Under the pieces are notes generated by a model. That model was not told the DNA's origin. It did no database searches and saw nothing but the letters and a program-made list of their open reading frames with translations. Both the position numbers and the translations under genes were made by a program. A DNA stretch of 64,000 nucleotides from Polyangia bacterium (GTDB lineage: Bacteria; Myxococcota_A; Polyangia; Palsa-1104; JAEUJZ01), in NCBI GenBank assembly GCA_044228505.1, contig JBGAUT010000016.1:43387-107386 (forward strand), in the 5' to 3' direction. Shown in pieces: positions 9,755-19,214 of the stretch. How positions within the stretch are numbered: the first letter of the stretch is position 1; each line of letters opens with the position of its first letter.

Positions 9755-11218
9755 ATGAGTGACACCAAGAAGCTGACTACCGCAGCGGGGGCACCAGTTG
9801 TCGACAACCAGAACTCGATGACCGCCGGTCCGCGAGGACCTCTTTTGATGCAAGACATCTGGTTCCTGGAGAAGCTTGCGCATTTCGACCGCGAAGTGAT
9901 TCCAGAGCGTCGCATGCATGCCAAGGGGTCGAGTGCGTATGGATCATTTACCGTAACACACGACATCTCTAAGTACACCCGAGCGAAGATATTCGCTCAG
10001 GTTGGCAAGAAGACCGATCTGTTTGTTCGCTTCTCCACCGTCGCTGGAGAGCGAGGTGCTGCGGATGCAGAGCGCGACATTCGGGGCTTTGCGATCAAGT
10101 TCTATACCGAGGAAGGAAACTGGGATCTGGTTGGCAACAACACGCCGGTATTCTTCCTTCGTGACCCTCTCAAATTTCCAGACCTAAACCATGCGGTGAA
10201 GCGCGATCCGCGAACCAACTTGCGCAGTGCTCGCAACAATTGGGACTTCTGGACCTCGCTACCGGAGGCGCTGCACCAGATTACCATGACCATGAGTGAG
10301 CGAGGAATTCCCTATTCCTATCGACACATGCATGGATTTGGGAGTCACACCTTCAGCTTGATCAACTCCCAGAACGAGCGCTTCTGGGTGAAGTTCCATC
10401 TGCGGACGCAGCAAGGGATCAAGAATCTGTCTGATGCAGAGGCCGAGGCGATCATTGGCAAGGATCGCGAGAGTCACCAGCGAGATCTGTTTGACAGCAT
10501 TGAGAGACGGGACTTTCCTCGCTGGACGCTGTTCATTCAGGTGATGCCGGAACGGGAAGCCGCCACGTGTCCGTACAACCCGTTTGACCTTACCAAAGTC
10601 TGGCTGCACAAGGACTATCCGCTCATCGAAGTGGGCGTGATGGAGCTGAACCGCAATCCCGAAAACTACTTTGCAGAGGTTGAACAGTCGGCGTTCAATC
10701 CGGCGAACGTGGTGCCCGGAATCGGTTTTTCACCAGATAAGATGCTTCAGGGACGACTCTTTTCGTACGGCGATGCCCAGCGCTATCGGCTTGGGGTGAA
10801 TCATCAGTCCATTCCGGTGAATGCGCCTCGCTGTCCGGTCCATAGCTACCATCGTGATGGCGCGATGCGAGTCGATGGAAACTTCGGAGGTCAGCTTGGC
10901 TATGAACCGAATAGCTATGGACAGTGGCAACAGCAGCCGGGCTTTGCGGAACCTCCGCTCTCGCTGGAGGGGTCCGCAGATCACTGGAACCATCGTCAGG
11001 ATGAAGACTACTACTCCCAGCCAGGCTTGCTGTTCCGGCTCATGACGGGAAACCAGCAGCAGACACTGTTTGATAACACTGCGCGAGCGATGGGTGATGC
11101 ACCAAGAGAGATCAAGCTTCGTCACATCGGCAATTGTCTGAAGGCCGACCCCGCGTATGGAGCAGGTGTCGCAAAGGCACTCGGCCTGCCTCTGAGCGAA
11201 ACGCGCAGCTCATCCTAA
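9755..11218 (+). CDS. katA: monofunctional heme catalase (clade-3-like)
   Basis: [63 protein letters not shown] and the heme-ligand region [22 protein letters not shown] precedes ATG 9755; an in-frame ATG at 9713 is also possible. Confidence 0.85.
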   Translation: MSDTKKLTTAAGAPVVDNQNSMTAGPRGPLLMQDIWFLEKLAHFDREVIPERRMHAKGSSAYGSFTVTHDISKYTRAKIFAQVGKKTDLFVRFSTVAGERGAADAERDIRGFAIKFYTEEGNWDLVGNNTPVFFLRDPLKFPDLNHAVKRDPRTNLRSARNNWDFWTSLPEALHQITMTMSERGIPYSYRHMHGFGSHTFSLINSQNERFWVKFHLRTQQGIKNLSDAEAEAIIGKDRESHQRDLFDSIERRDFPRWTLFIQVMPEREAATCPYNPFDLTKVWLHKDYPLIEVGVMELNRNPENYFAEVEQSAFNPANVVPGIGFSPDKMLQGRLFSYGDAQRYRLGVNHQSIPVNAPRCPVHSYHRDGAMRVDGNFGGQLGYEPNSYGQWQQQPGFAEPPLSLEGSADHWNHRQDEDYYSQPGLLFRLMTGNQQQTLFDNTARAMGDAPREIKLRHIGNCLKADPAYGAGVAKALGLPLSETRSSS

Positions 11219-11239
11219 CGCCCGTGGATCGACTCCGCA

Positions 11240-13699
11240 TCAACACTTGATCCGTTTCATATCGGGATCGTACAGCGGTCGCAGAGACGCGATCGCTGGA
11301 TAGCGCTGCCCGGCAATGTCTACTTCCCACATGCCTCGATCGAGATACTCTTGATCGAGCGCTTGTCCCGCTTCGATCATGGCCAATCCGACGGCTCCTC
11401 CGATGGTGAAGCCATACGAGGCGGCGCGAATGTATCCGACCGGGTGGCCGTTGCGGTAGACAATCTCAGCATGGAACATCAGTGGCTCCGGATCTTTCAC
11501 CAGCACTTGCACCAGGCGTCGCGTTAGCGGTCCTTCTGCTTTTTTGGCGAGCACTGCATCGCGTCCCAGAAATCCACCCGGCTTCTTTAGATCTACCGCA
11601 AAGCCAAGACCTGCCTCCAAGACCGAGTCGGTGTTGTCGATATCGTGACCATAATCACGGTATCCCTTTTCCATGCGCAAGCTGGCCAGCGCCTTGAGTC
11701 CGGCATGTCGTAAACCGAATTCTGATCCGGTTTCTACAATCCGATCATAGACATGGGGGGCTTGCTCGGAGGGGATGTAGAGTTCGTAGCCCAGCTCACC
11801 CAGATAGGTGATGCGGATACAGAGTGCCCGTGCAAAGCCGATGTCGATTTCGCGGGCGGTGCGGAATGGGAATGCCGTATTGCTAAGATCGGTGGTGGTC
11901 ACCCGTTGCAGCAGCTCTCGCGAGCGAGGTCCTTGAATGTTGATCTGCGCGTAGCCAGAGGTCACATCGGTTACAAAGGCGTGTGCGTGCGCCGGGACAT
12001 GGCGACGCATCCAGGTCTCTGCATGCCGATGAGCGGTGTCTGAGGCTACGACCCAGTATCGCTCATCATCGAGCTTGGTAACGGTCAGGTCCGCTTCGAG
12101 CGTGCCGCCCTCGTTGAGCCACTGCGTGTAGGTGATAAGCCCGCTTGGTCCGTCGACTTGGTTGGCCGACAGATAATTGAGAAGGGCTCCTGCGTCCCGA
12201 CCTTGCACCAAGAACTTCGCCATGAACGACATGTCCATCAAGATCACGCCTTCACGGGTCGCTTGATGCTCTGCTTGCCAGTAGGGAAACCAGTTCTGTC
12301 TGCCAAAGGACAATCGCTCGACCTTTGGCTCGATGCCAGGCGGCGCATACCAGTCCGGTCCTTCCCAACCACTGACGTCCTTAAAGTATGCGCCCTGCGC
12401 GGCCAGCCGATCATAGATGGCCGATCTCTTACAGCCGCGTGCGGTCTGCATGGAGCGCGTAGGATAGTGGCACTGATACACCATTCCAAGCGATTCCACC
12501 GTACGGGTGCGACGGTACTCCGGGTTCGACTGGTATGTGTGGAAGCGATCGATGTGCATGCCGGTGACATCACAGTCGGGTCGACCGTTGATGATCCAAT
12601 GGGCCAACACCCGTCCCATGCCACCACCCGTGATGATTCCGATCGAGTTGAGTCCGGCAGCCACAAAGTAGTTCTTTAGTTCTGGTGCTTCTCCGACCAC
12701 CGGACGCAGATCCGCGGTGAAGCTCTCCGGTCCGCAGAAGAATTTTTTGACTCCTGCATCTAGCGAGATGGGAATTCGCTCCATTGCCTTTTGCAGGTAT
12801 GGACCCATTCGCTCCCAGTCCGGACTGATCTCTCCAAAAGAAAAGTCGTCCGGAATACCACCGACTTTCCACGGAGCACAGACTGGCTCGAACAGACCGA
12901 CAAGCAGGCCGCCGACTTCCTCTCGATAGTATCCGTAGGAGCTGGGGTCTTCGAGAACCGGCAGAGAGGCGGTGAGCTGGGGGATCTTCTCTGTGATGAG
13001 ATAGTAGTGTTCTGCAGCCTGCAATGGAACGTTGACCCCGGCTTGGGCTCCGAGCTGACGTGCCCACATTCCGGCGCAGTTTACCACGTATTCTGCTTCG
13101 ATGTTTCCGTAGGGAGTCTGGACGCCAGTGACCACACCACGCTTGGATAGGAGTCCGATGGCAGGCACTCCTTCCAGGATGGTTGCACCTTGCATTCGGG
13201 CCCCTTTGGCAAGTGCCATTGTGATGTCAACGGGATTGGCACGGCCATCTTCCTTGACGTAGAAACCAGCCAAAATGTCGTCGGTGCGGGCCAATGGAAA
13301 GAGCTGTTCTACTTCCTTAGCGGAAATCTCATGGACATCCACTCCGCAGTGTCGATTGAACGCAGAGACACGCCGGTATTCCTCCAATCGGTCTTCATCC
13401 GCTGCGACTTCGATGAATCCGACCTGCTTGAATCCGGTCGATAGTCCAGTTTCTGCTTCGAGCCGCAGGTACAGATCGCGGGAGTACTTCCTCATCTCAG
13501 TCGATGTCTCAGAGGTCGAACCAAACGTCACGATGAGCCCTGCCGCATGCCAGGTCGTGCCAGAGGTGAGCCGATCCCGCTCGAGTACGACTACGTCCTT
13601 CCATCCCATGTGGGCCAGGTGGTATGCGACGGAGGTTCCGATGATTCCACCGCCAATGACGACAACGCGAGCGCGAGCAGGAAGGTTTGTGGGGTACAT
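11240..13699 (-). CDS. FAD-dependent oxidoreductase fused to a GcvT-like folate-binding domain: dimethylglycine/sarcosine dehydrogenase or dimethylglycine oxidase family (819 aa)
   Basis: N-terminal VVVIGGGIIGTSVAYHL Rossmann dinucleotide motif and TTWHAAGL (the covalent-FAD His region of this family). The C-terminal ~350 aa resemble the aminomethyltransferase (GcvT) fold. The size matches DMGDH/DMGO. Confidence 0.8.
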   Translation of the reverse strand: MYPTNLPARARVVVIGGGIIGTSVAYHLAHMGWKDVVVLERDRLTSGTTWHAAGLIVTFGSTSETSTEMRKYSRDLYLRLEAETGLSTGFKQVGFIEVAADEDRLEEYRRVSAFNRHCGVDVHEISAKEVEQLFPLARTDDILAGFYVKEDGRANPVDITMALAKGARMQGATILEGVPAIGLLSKRGVVTGVQTPYGNIEAEYVVNCAGMWARQLGAQAGVNVPLQAAEHYYLITEKIPQLTASLPVLEDPSSYGYYREEVGGLLVGLFEPVCAPWKVGGIPDDFSFGEISPDWERMGPYLQKAMERIPISLDAGVKKFFCGPESFTADLRPVVGEAPELKNYFVAAGLNSIGIITGGGMGRVLAHWIINGRPDCDVTGMHIDRFHTYQSNPEYRRTRTVESLGMVYQCHYPTRSMQTARGCKRSAIYDRLAAQGAYFKDVSGWEGPDWYAPPGIEPKVERLSFGRQNWFPYWQAEHQATREGVILMDMSFMAKFLVQGRDAGALLNYLSANQVDGPSGLITYTQWLNEGGTLEADLTVTKLDDERYWVVASDTAHRHAETWMRRHVPAHAHAFVTDVTSGYAQINIQGPRSRELLQRVTTTDLSNTAFPFRTAREIDIGFARALCIRITYLGELGYELYIPSEQAPHVYDRIVETGSEFGLRHAGLKALASLRMEKGYRDYGHDIDNTDSVLEAGLGFAVDLKKPGGFLGRDAVLAKKAEGPLTRRLVQVLVKDPEPLMFHAEIVYRNGHPVGYIRAASYGFTIGGAVGLAMIEAGQALDQEYLDRGMWEVDIAGQRYPAIASLRPLYDPDMKRIKC

Positions 13700-13846
13700 A
13701 AAAGGGAGAATAATCTCAGGAGACCTGTGCTCGGCAAGCCCTTGTGTCTGAGCACCGCACGAAGGAACCCATTCTTCCTTTCCCCGCTCATTCCTTGTTC
13801 CTCGTTCTCCGGAGATTTCTCGTCCAATCCTGCCGATTTGTGAGTC

Positions 13847-13854
13847 AACCCGAT
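13847..13854. repeat. 8-bp direct repeat AACCCGAT (right copy)
   Basis: Identical to 9581-9588; encodes the PD of HRDLKPDN in the resumed kinase frame. Confidence 0.6.
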
Positions 13855-15357
13855 AACATCATGCTGGTTCCTGACCAGGACTTCCCTGGTGGAGAGCGGG
13901 TTAAGATCCTCGACTTCGGAATTGCCAAGATGGCCGAGGGCTTAAGTGCTCAGCCACTTCGCACCAAGAGCGACGTACTCATGGGCACTCCGACCTATAT
14001 GGCACCGGAGCAGTGTCGTGGTGCGAAACTCGCGACCGACCGATCCGATGTGTATTCACTCGGGGTCATTTTGTATCAGATGCTTGCGGGGTATCCGCCA
14101 TTTTTGGGGGCCTCGATGGGCGACTTGATCGCGATGCATTTGATGGATGAGCCGCCACGACTAACGGACGCCGTGCCTGAGATCAGTCCCAAGATTGCAA
14201 AGCTCGCCTATGCGATGCTCGCCAAAAAGCCTGATTCTCGACCCTCGATGGAGAAGGCACAAAAGACGCTGCTCCGATTGGAAGAGGAAGCCCAACTGGC
14301 ACCGCCGCTACCGGCAGTGCAGCGAGACATCGAGACGTCGTACGGTGACTCTCAGCACGGCACTGTGGATGTTCCGGATGGGCATCCGAACAGGATTCCT
14401 GCGGATGCAAACGAGCTGAAGGTGCCAGTACCCAATCGGGAAGGAGCGACTGACAAACGTCCGTCGGAAATGAAAGCCGCAGGGTCCTCGCGTCCGTTGC
14501 CGAGCCGTATCGTAACAGACTCTCGTCACGTACATATTCCCAAGCGAACACTTCAAGTCATTATCGCGGCCTTCGTTGCCAGTACACTACTGGTGACGAC
14601 TGGGATTCTGCTGGGAACACAGGCCCGGCGTCCGATAGACCGCAGTGCACGCTCGGTTCTTCCGGAACCGGAACACAGAGACGATGTTCCAGCGTCCTCG
14701 GTTGCACCGCAATCGGCCAGACCAACACCGGAAGTCGCGGCCAGTAGGCCCATTCCAGCGATTCCAGGGGATGTCCCTCCTTCGAGCAAAGCAGACAAAG
14801 GGGGCGCTCCACATCGTGAGCCCACCTTGACCGCCAGCAAACATGTAGACAGCCCGAACGCGACAGGCAGCAAGGTTCATTCTAGTGGTGCGGCGATTGA
14901 AGAGAAGCCGGTCGCTATGGTTGAGGAGAAGCCGGTCAGTGTGGTGGAGCAAAAGCCCCCCACGCAGAGCCCGTCCTCGGTCAGTCCTGAGCAAGCTGTT
15001 CCGGCACAGCCTCCGACGGTGATTGCGCCTCCTCCTCAGGTTGCTCCCGTTCCTAGACCTGTTCCTGTGCCGGAGCGTACTGTCGATGATCCGTTTGATC
15101 CGCTGCGCACCGCAGAGGACTTCATCTTGCAAGGGAACTATCGTCGCGCAATGGATCTGGCCACGCAGTTTGGAAAGCAAGATCCGATGCGTGCTTGGGA
15201 AATCTACGGCCGTGCAGCGTGTGGGATGCGGCTGCAGGACCGGGCGAGTCGGGCGATGCGTGAACTGCAGCAGCGGCATGAAGACCGCCGCATTCAGTCT
15301 CTGCTCGCGTATTGCCGACTTCACAAGCTACCGCTATCTGCGCCTGACTCGCAGTAG
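13847..15357 (+). pseudogene. Ser/Thr protein kinase C-terminal fragment (subdomains VIb-XI) with Pro-rich linker, one TM helix and a small C-terminal helical domain
   Basis: PDNIMLV...ILDFGIAK...GTPTYMAPEQ...DVYSLGVILYQMLAGYPPF, then a P/A/S-rich region, the TM helix IIAAFVASTLLVTTGILLG, and a C-terminal TPR-like tail. The nearest in-frame upstream Met (13744) lies in non-kinase sequence. Confidence 0.65.
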
Positions 15358-15752
15358 TTCGTTCCTAAGGCTTGCGATCAGTGCCCGAGCGTTGTCCTTC
15401 TGCAATCGGCAGCCCGGCCATCTGCTCCTTGCTCATGGCTCCCGAGTAATCGCTGCTTTGGCCATACGGTCGGTCCAGTCGGTGTAGTTTCGCCGTCCTA
15501 TGGTCTAGGCCAGACCGCGACCGTGAAATTGGGCACCAGCACTGGGCTGAGTGTTCTGCAGGTCATCACGAGATCTCATCCGGTTCTCTCCCCGTCGACG
15601 CGAATCGAGTATCAGCACCAAGCAGCCGAAGTTGCGTAGATTCTCAGTAGTTTGGCCGACTCAGGTGATTGCAGAGCGGCAGTGTGTCGCCACTTCCTGA
15701 ACAGTTCCCCTGCAGGATTTGAGGGCGATTTTCTCGTCGCAGGTATTCTTGC

Positions 15753-17801
15753 CTAATGTCCTCGATGGACGATTCCCTGGCTGTGGGCAGTGTCTAGGAC
15801 CGAACAGATCTGGCGGGTCAGTGTAAGGACTCGTGCGATAGGCAGCGGTCGTGGCGCTTTGCCTTTCGGACTGATGATCTCATCGAGCGACTGCCCGTCG
15901 ATGAACTCCATCACCAAGTAGAACAAGGCACCACTCACATTGCCGTGATCGTAGATAAAGACGCTGTTTGGGTGATTGATTTGAGAGGATAGTTTGGCTT
16001 CCCGCTGAAACAGTTCGATGGCATCCGGGGCGACCATTGCTGACGGTGAGAGTACTTTGACCGCTGCTTCCCTGCCGAGCTCCGTGTGGCGAGCCTTGTA
16101 GACCATGCCCATCCCGCCTTCTCCCAGTCGGGCGTAGCAAGTGTACTGACCCACCGTGAAGGGATCGATCTCGCCTCTGCTGGACTTGGCTTCCTCGGCT
16201 TTGGTCGTGGGAAAGGTGTCGGCTTCGCTCCCAGCTCGCTGGGTCTTGGCATTCTGTAACACCAGCAGGCGGTCGCGCCGAATCACCCACAGCAGCAGAC
16301 CGGCACCCAGGGCCGCTGCCAGCGCGATGATGAGCAGTACGATTCCCAAGAACAGCTTCTTCTTGTCTGCGTGCGGAGCAGGTTGTTGCTGCGCCGTCTC
16401 GGGGGAAACGCTCCCGCCCCCGCCCGACCCAGGACTCGGGACCATGAGGCGGTTCTGCGTGGACTCAGCTTGAGCAGGTTCCGCTGGTGGCTCCACTTGA
16501 TCGGATTTTTGCTTTGATGACTCGGTGAGCTTGATGCGCTCATCGTCGTCGCGGCTGTCTGGACCAGGACCACGTACTCTCTGTTTCTTTCCTGCTTGTG
16601 CGGTGCTGGGCGCGGTCTTCGCGGGGGCCTTCTTCAGTTGTTTGGCTTCGGCAGGTACTTGCTTGTGCCCCGTGACCATCGGTCTCGGGGGCGCGGCGGC
16701 ACCAGGGGCGCTAGGGGCTCTCGGTGCTTCAGGGGGCGGGCTTTCGATGGCAAATGAATCAGTTTCGCCTGCGCGTGAAGGTGGTGCCGCACCTTGCTGG
16801 ACGGACGCGGCTTCTGCTCGTGGGCGCGCAGGGGCTCTCGTTGTGCTTTTGGGTTTGAACTTGCGTTTGATGGGTGCGGTGGTCTTTTCTTCTTCTGGTG
16901 CTGGCTGTGCTTTCTTGTCGGCGAGAGGCATCGCCTCCTCAGACGCCTTCCCGATAGGACGAGAAGCCTCCAGCGCGGGCGGCGGGGCTCCGGGTTGGAC
17001 TGCGGCGGGGGCACTGGCTTGCGGTGCGTGCTCGGGGCTGCTGCGCAGAAGCAGCAATGAGCCCGAGGCCAGCAGCAGCACCACCGCAACAAGCAGCGCC
17101 GCGACAGCAGATTTGCTCTTGCGGGCCTGCGCTGGCGAAGCTGGACCTTTTGAACCCTCCGCAAACGCTGAAGCCCGCATCGGAGAGCTCGGTACGGACC
17201 TGGCCGCGCTGTCCTCTTGTGATGCCGACGATGCAGCTGGGACCGCGTGCTGTGCGGTATCGAGCAGCTTTGCAACCAGCTCGTCCAACGATCGTGGTCG
17301 TGCGGCAGGTTGCTTATCGAGCGCATGCAATAGCGTCTGCGCAAGCTCGGCGGACAGCTCGGGTCGTAGGCTGCGCGGATTCTCGGGCCGCTCTAGCAGA
17401 ACCTTGATCCGGATGGCGGCGGGGCTGCTTCCGGCAAACGGAGGCTGTCCGGTTAGCAGATGGTAAGCGACCGCAGCGACGTGGTAGACCGTGCTCGCCA
17501 CTGCCTCGGGCTTGCCTGCAAAGACCTCTGGCGCGACGTAGGCTGCGACCAAATCGACAGATGGATCTTTGGCTGCCTCGGGCCCAGCAAGGGTGATGGC
17601 AGAAAGCTCACCGATGGATTCGTCCCCGGTCGCTGAGGTGACCAGTTTGACCTGCGATGGGTGAACAAGCCGTGCCTTGCCATCGGTAAGCTGCGATGAC
17701 AGCGTCTTACATAGCTCGCTGACCAGACGAAGTACACGCGGAATATCGTGACTTCCGGCCAGCGAAGCCATCGTTTGCGCTTCGCTTTCGCTGCTCGACA
17801 T
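15753..17801 (-). CDS. anomalous 682-aa ORF: degenerate kinase C-lobe (pseudokinase-like) at the N-terminus, Pro/Ala-rich region, one TM helix, then a canonical kinase N-lobe ending ...GIVHRGH-stop
   Basis: The C-terminal part reads LGEGGMGMVYKARH...AVKVL...HPNSV...VMEFIDGQSL...IVHRG then stop, and nothing kinase-like follows in any frame. The N-terminal part reads ARLVHPSQVKL (catalytic D, K and N all replaced), then YVAPEV and LLTGQPPFAG. A possible TM helix is LFLGIVLLIIALAAALGAGLLLWVI. Confidence 0.5.
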   Translation of the reverse strand: MSSSESEAQTMASLAGSHDIPRVLRLVSELCKTLSSQLTDGKARLVHPSQVKLVTSATGDESIGELSAITLAGPEAAKDPSVDLVAAYVAPEVFAGKPEAVASTVYHVAAVAYHLLTGQPPFAGSSPAAIRIKVLLERPENPRSLRPELSAELAQTLLHALDKQPAARPRSLDELVAKLLDTAQHAVPAASSASQEDSAARSVPSSPMRASAFAEGSKGPASPAQARKSKSAVAALLVAVVLLLASGSLLLLRSSPEHAPQASAPAAVQPGAPPPALEASRPIGKASEEAMPLADKKAQPAPEEEKTTAPIKRKFKPKSTTRAPARPRAEAASVQQGAAPPSRAGETDSFAIESPPPEAPRAPSAPGAAAPPRPMVTGHKQVPAEAKQLKKAPAKTAPSTAQAGKKQRVRGPGPDSRDDDERIKLTESSKQKSDQVEPPAEPAQAESTQNRLMVPSPGSGGGGSVSPETAQQQPAPHADKKKLFLGIVLLIIALAAALGAGLLLWVIRRDRLLVLQNAKTQRAGSEADTFPTTKAEEAKSSRGEIDPFTVGQYTCYARLGEGGMGMVYKARHTELGREAAVKVLSPSAMVAPDAIELFQREAKLSSQINHPNSVFIYDHGNVSGALFYLVMEFIDGQSLDEIISPKGKAPRPLPIARVLTLTRQICSVLDTAHSQGIVHRGH

Positions 17802-17882
17802 CCAATCCCCCTGGCCCCTATGGTGCCATACGGCTGAGTTGGCAACTCACAGATCGCTACCCAGCGATGGCCTGCGTGGGGG

Positions 17883-18821
17883 CTAGCTACGGCAGGGATT
17901 GCTGACTCTACCGCCCGGCGCAACAGAGTCCGTGACCCAGGTGTTGCCGCCGATGATTGCACCTCGGCCAATCACCGTCTCCCCTCCGAGGATCGTCGCG
18001 TTGGCGTAGATGAGGACATCGTCTTCGATGGTTGGGTGTCGCTTACGGTTCTGTTGCTGACGGGTCTTCCCGGTTGGTAGGCTCATCGCGCCGAGCGTCA
18101 CTCCCTGGTAGATGCGGACCCGGTTGCCGATGATGGATGTCTCACCGATGACGACTCCGGTTCCGTGGTCAATAAAGAAGGACTTACCGATTTTGGCACC
18201 CGGATGGATATCGATGCCGGTCTCGGTATGAGCCTGCTCGGTCATCATACGGGGCACAATCTGGGCTCCGAGGTGAAGCAAGGTGTGTGCAATTCGATAT
18301 GCAGTCACGGCCCGAACACCGGGATAGCACCAAGCGACCTCGATCAGACTTCGCGCAGCCGGATCACCCTCGAAGGCGGCCTGAACATCGAGCAGCACAT
18401 CGTTCCGCAGCGCGGGCACTCGGTTCAAGAACTTGCCGACGAGCCCTGTCGCTTCTTCTTGGCACTTGTCACACAGTGGTTGAGGTATCGGACAGCCGAC
18501 GTGTAGCCCTCGGCAGACCTGCTCGGTGAGCAGCACCCTGAGCGAGGCAATCCGGCCCTCCAACGAGGACCGTAGCATCGACGGTGCTGGACCTGGGCAT
18601 CCAGCCGAACCGGGCAGCATGAGTTCGCGCAGATTATCCAGTGCCGCAGATACTGCGATCCGCGATGGTAGCTCGTGTCCAGCGGTCAGTAGTACGCCAG
18701 TCTGTCGATAGGATGCGGCCAGCGCATCGGCCAGCTCGCAGTTTGACCGCGCAGCCTCCTCTGACTCTTGGGCAACCGAAGCTACCGACTCTGTTTGGGG
18801 AGAGGTTTGATCCATGTTCAT
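17883..18821 (-). CDS. cysE: serine O-acetyltransferase
   Basis: SATase N-terminal helical domain followed by left-handed beta-helix hexapeptide repeats: IHPGAKIGKSFFIDHGTGVVIGETSIIGNRVRIYQGVTLGA. Confidence 0.8.
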   Translation of the reverse strand: MNMDQTSPQTESVASVAQESEEAARSNCELADALAASYRQTGVLLTAGHELPSRIAVSAALDNLRELMLPGSAGCPGPAPSMLRSSLEGRIASLRVLLTEQVCRGLHVGCPIPQPLCDKCQEEATGLVGKFLNRVPALRNDVLLDVQAAFEGDPAARSLIEVAWCYPGVRAVTAYRIAHTLLHLGAQIVPRMMTEQAHTETGIDIHPGAKIGKSFFIDHGTGVVIGETSIIGNRVRIYQGVTLGAMSLPTGKTRQQQNRKRHPTIEDDVLIYANATILGGETVIGRGAIIGGNTWVTDSVAPGGRVSNPCRS

Positions 18822-18950
18822 CGTGTTCTTGCAATGTACCGCGAAACGTTGCGTCGACTCTGCGCTACAAACCTGCGCTGTCGGTGCAGTGTGGCCAATT
18901 CGATGTCCGTGACACGCAGGGAATTGAGCGTCGCTCCGGGCCGAAGGAAC

Positions 18951-19214
18951 TCAGTGCAGGTTTGGGAGCGCTGACCAAACCTGCGTCGAGAATACCACCA
19001 GCTTGGATACCAGATACGGACCAGTCACAAACAGGGCTACCATTCCCAATAGCAACCGCACGGCGACCGGCAGCGAGGAGTCCGTGATGCCCATCCGCGC
19101 TTGGAGCCACGACGTGACAACGGCGGATAGCACCGCGACCAGCAACACAGGTAGGCTGCACAGCACAGCCAGCCACAGACCCGATGACAGCAGCGGCAAT
19201 AGCGACTCGCTCAT
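18951..19214 (-). CDS. fliQ: type III secretion / flagellar export apparatus protein SctS (FliQ family)
   Basis: 87 aa with two TM helices. PVLLVAVLSAVVTSWLQARMGITDSSLPVAVRLLLGMVALFVTGPYL aligns with the FliQ core (LLVALVTGLIISILQAATQINEMTLSFIPKI...AGPWML). A 4-bp overlap with the upstream gene indicates coupling. Confidence 0.75.
   Translation of the reverse strand: MSESLLPLLSSGLWLAVLCSLPVLLVAVLSAVVTSWLQARMGITDSSLPVAVRLLLGMVALFVTGPYLVSKLVVFSTQVWSALPNLH

Larger units (their letters stand above)
9589..13846. mobile_element. 4258-bp inserted segment splitting a Ser/Thr kinase gene; cargo is catalase plus a DMG dehydrogenase/oxidase-family flavoenzyme; no transposase inside
   Basis: The kinase N-half ends ...HRDLKPD at 9588 and the C-half resumes (Q)PDNIMLV at 13847. 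The junctions carry 8-bp direct repeats. No terminal inverted repeats were detected by eye. Confidence 0.45.

Noticed and set aside
9589-13846. Terminal inverted repeats of the inserted segment
   Set aside because: I compared the first and last ~60 bp of the insert in reverse complement and found no convincing inverted repeat. The mobile-element call therefore rests only on the split gene and the 8-bp direct repeats.
16525-17466. 313-aa plus-strand ORF (Ala/Gly/Ser-rich)
   Set aside because: It is antisense to the Pro/Ala-rich region of the 682-aa kinase-fragment ORF. Its low-complexity composition is typical of a shadow ORF in GC-rich DNA.
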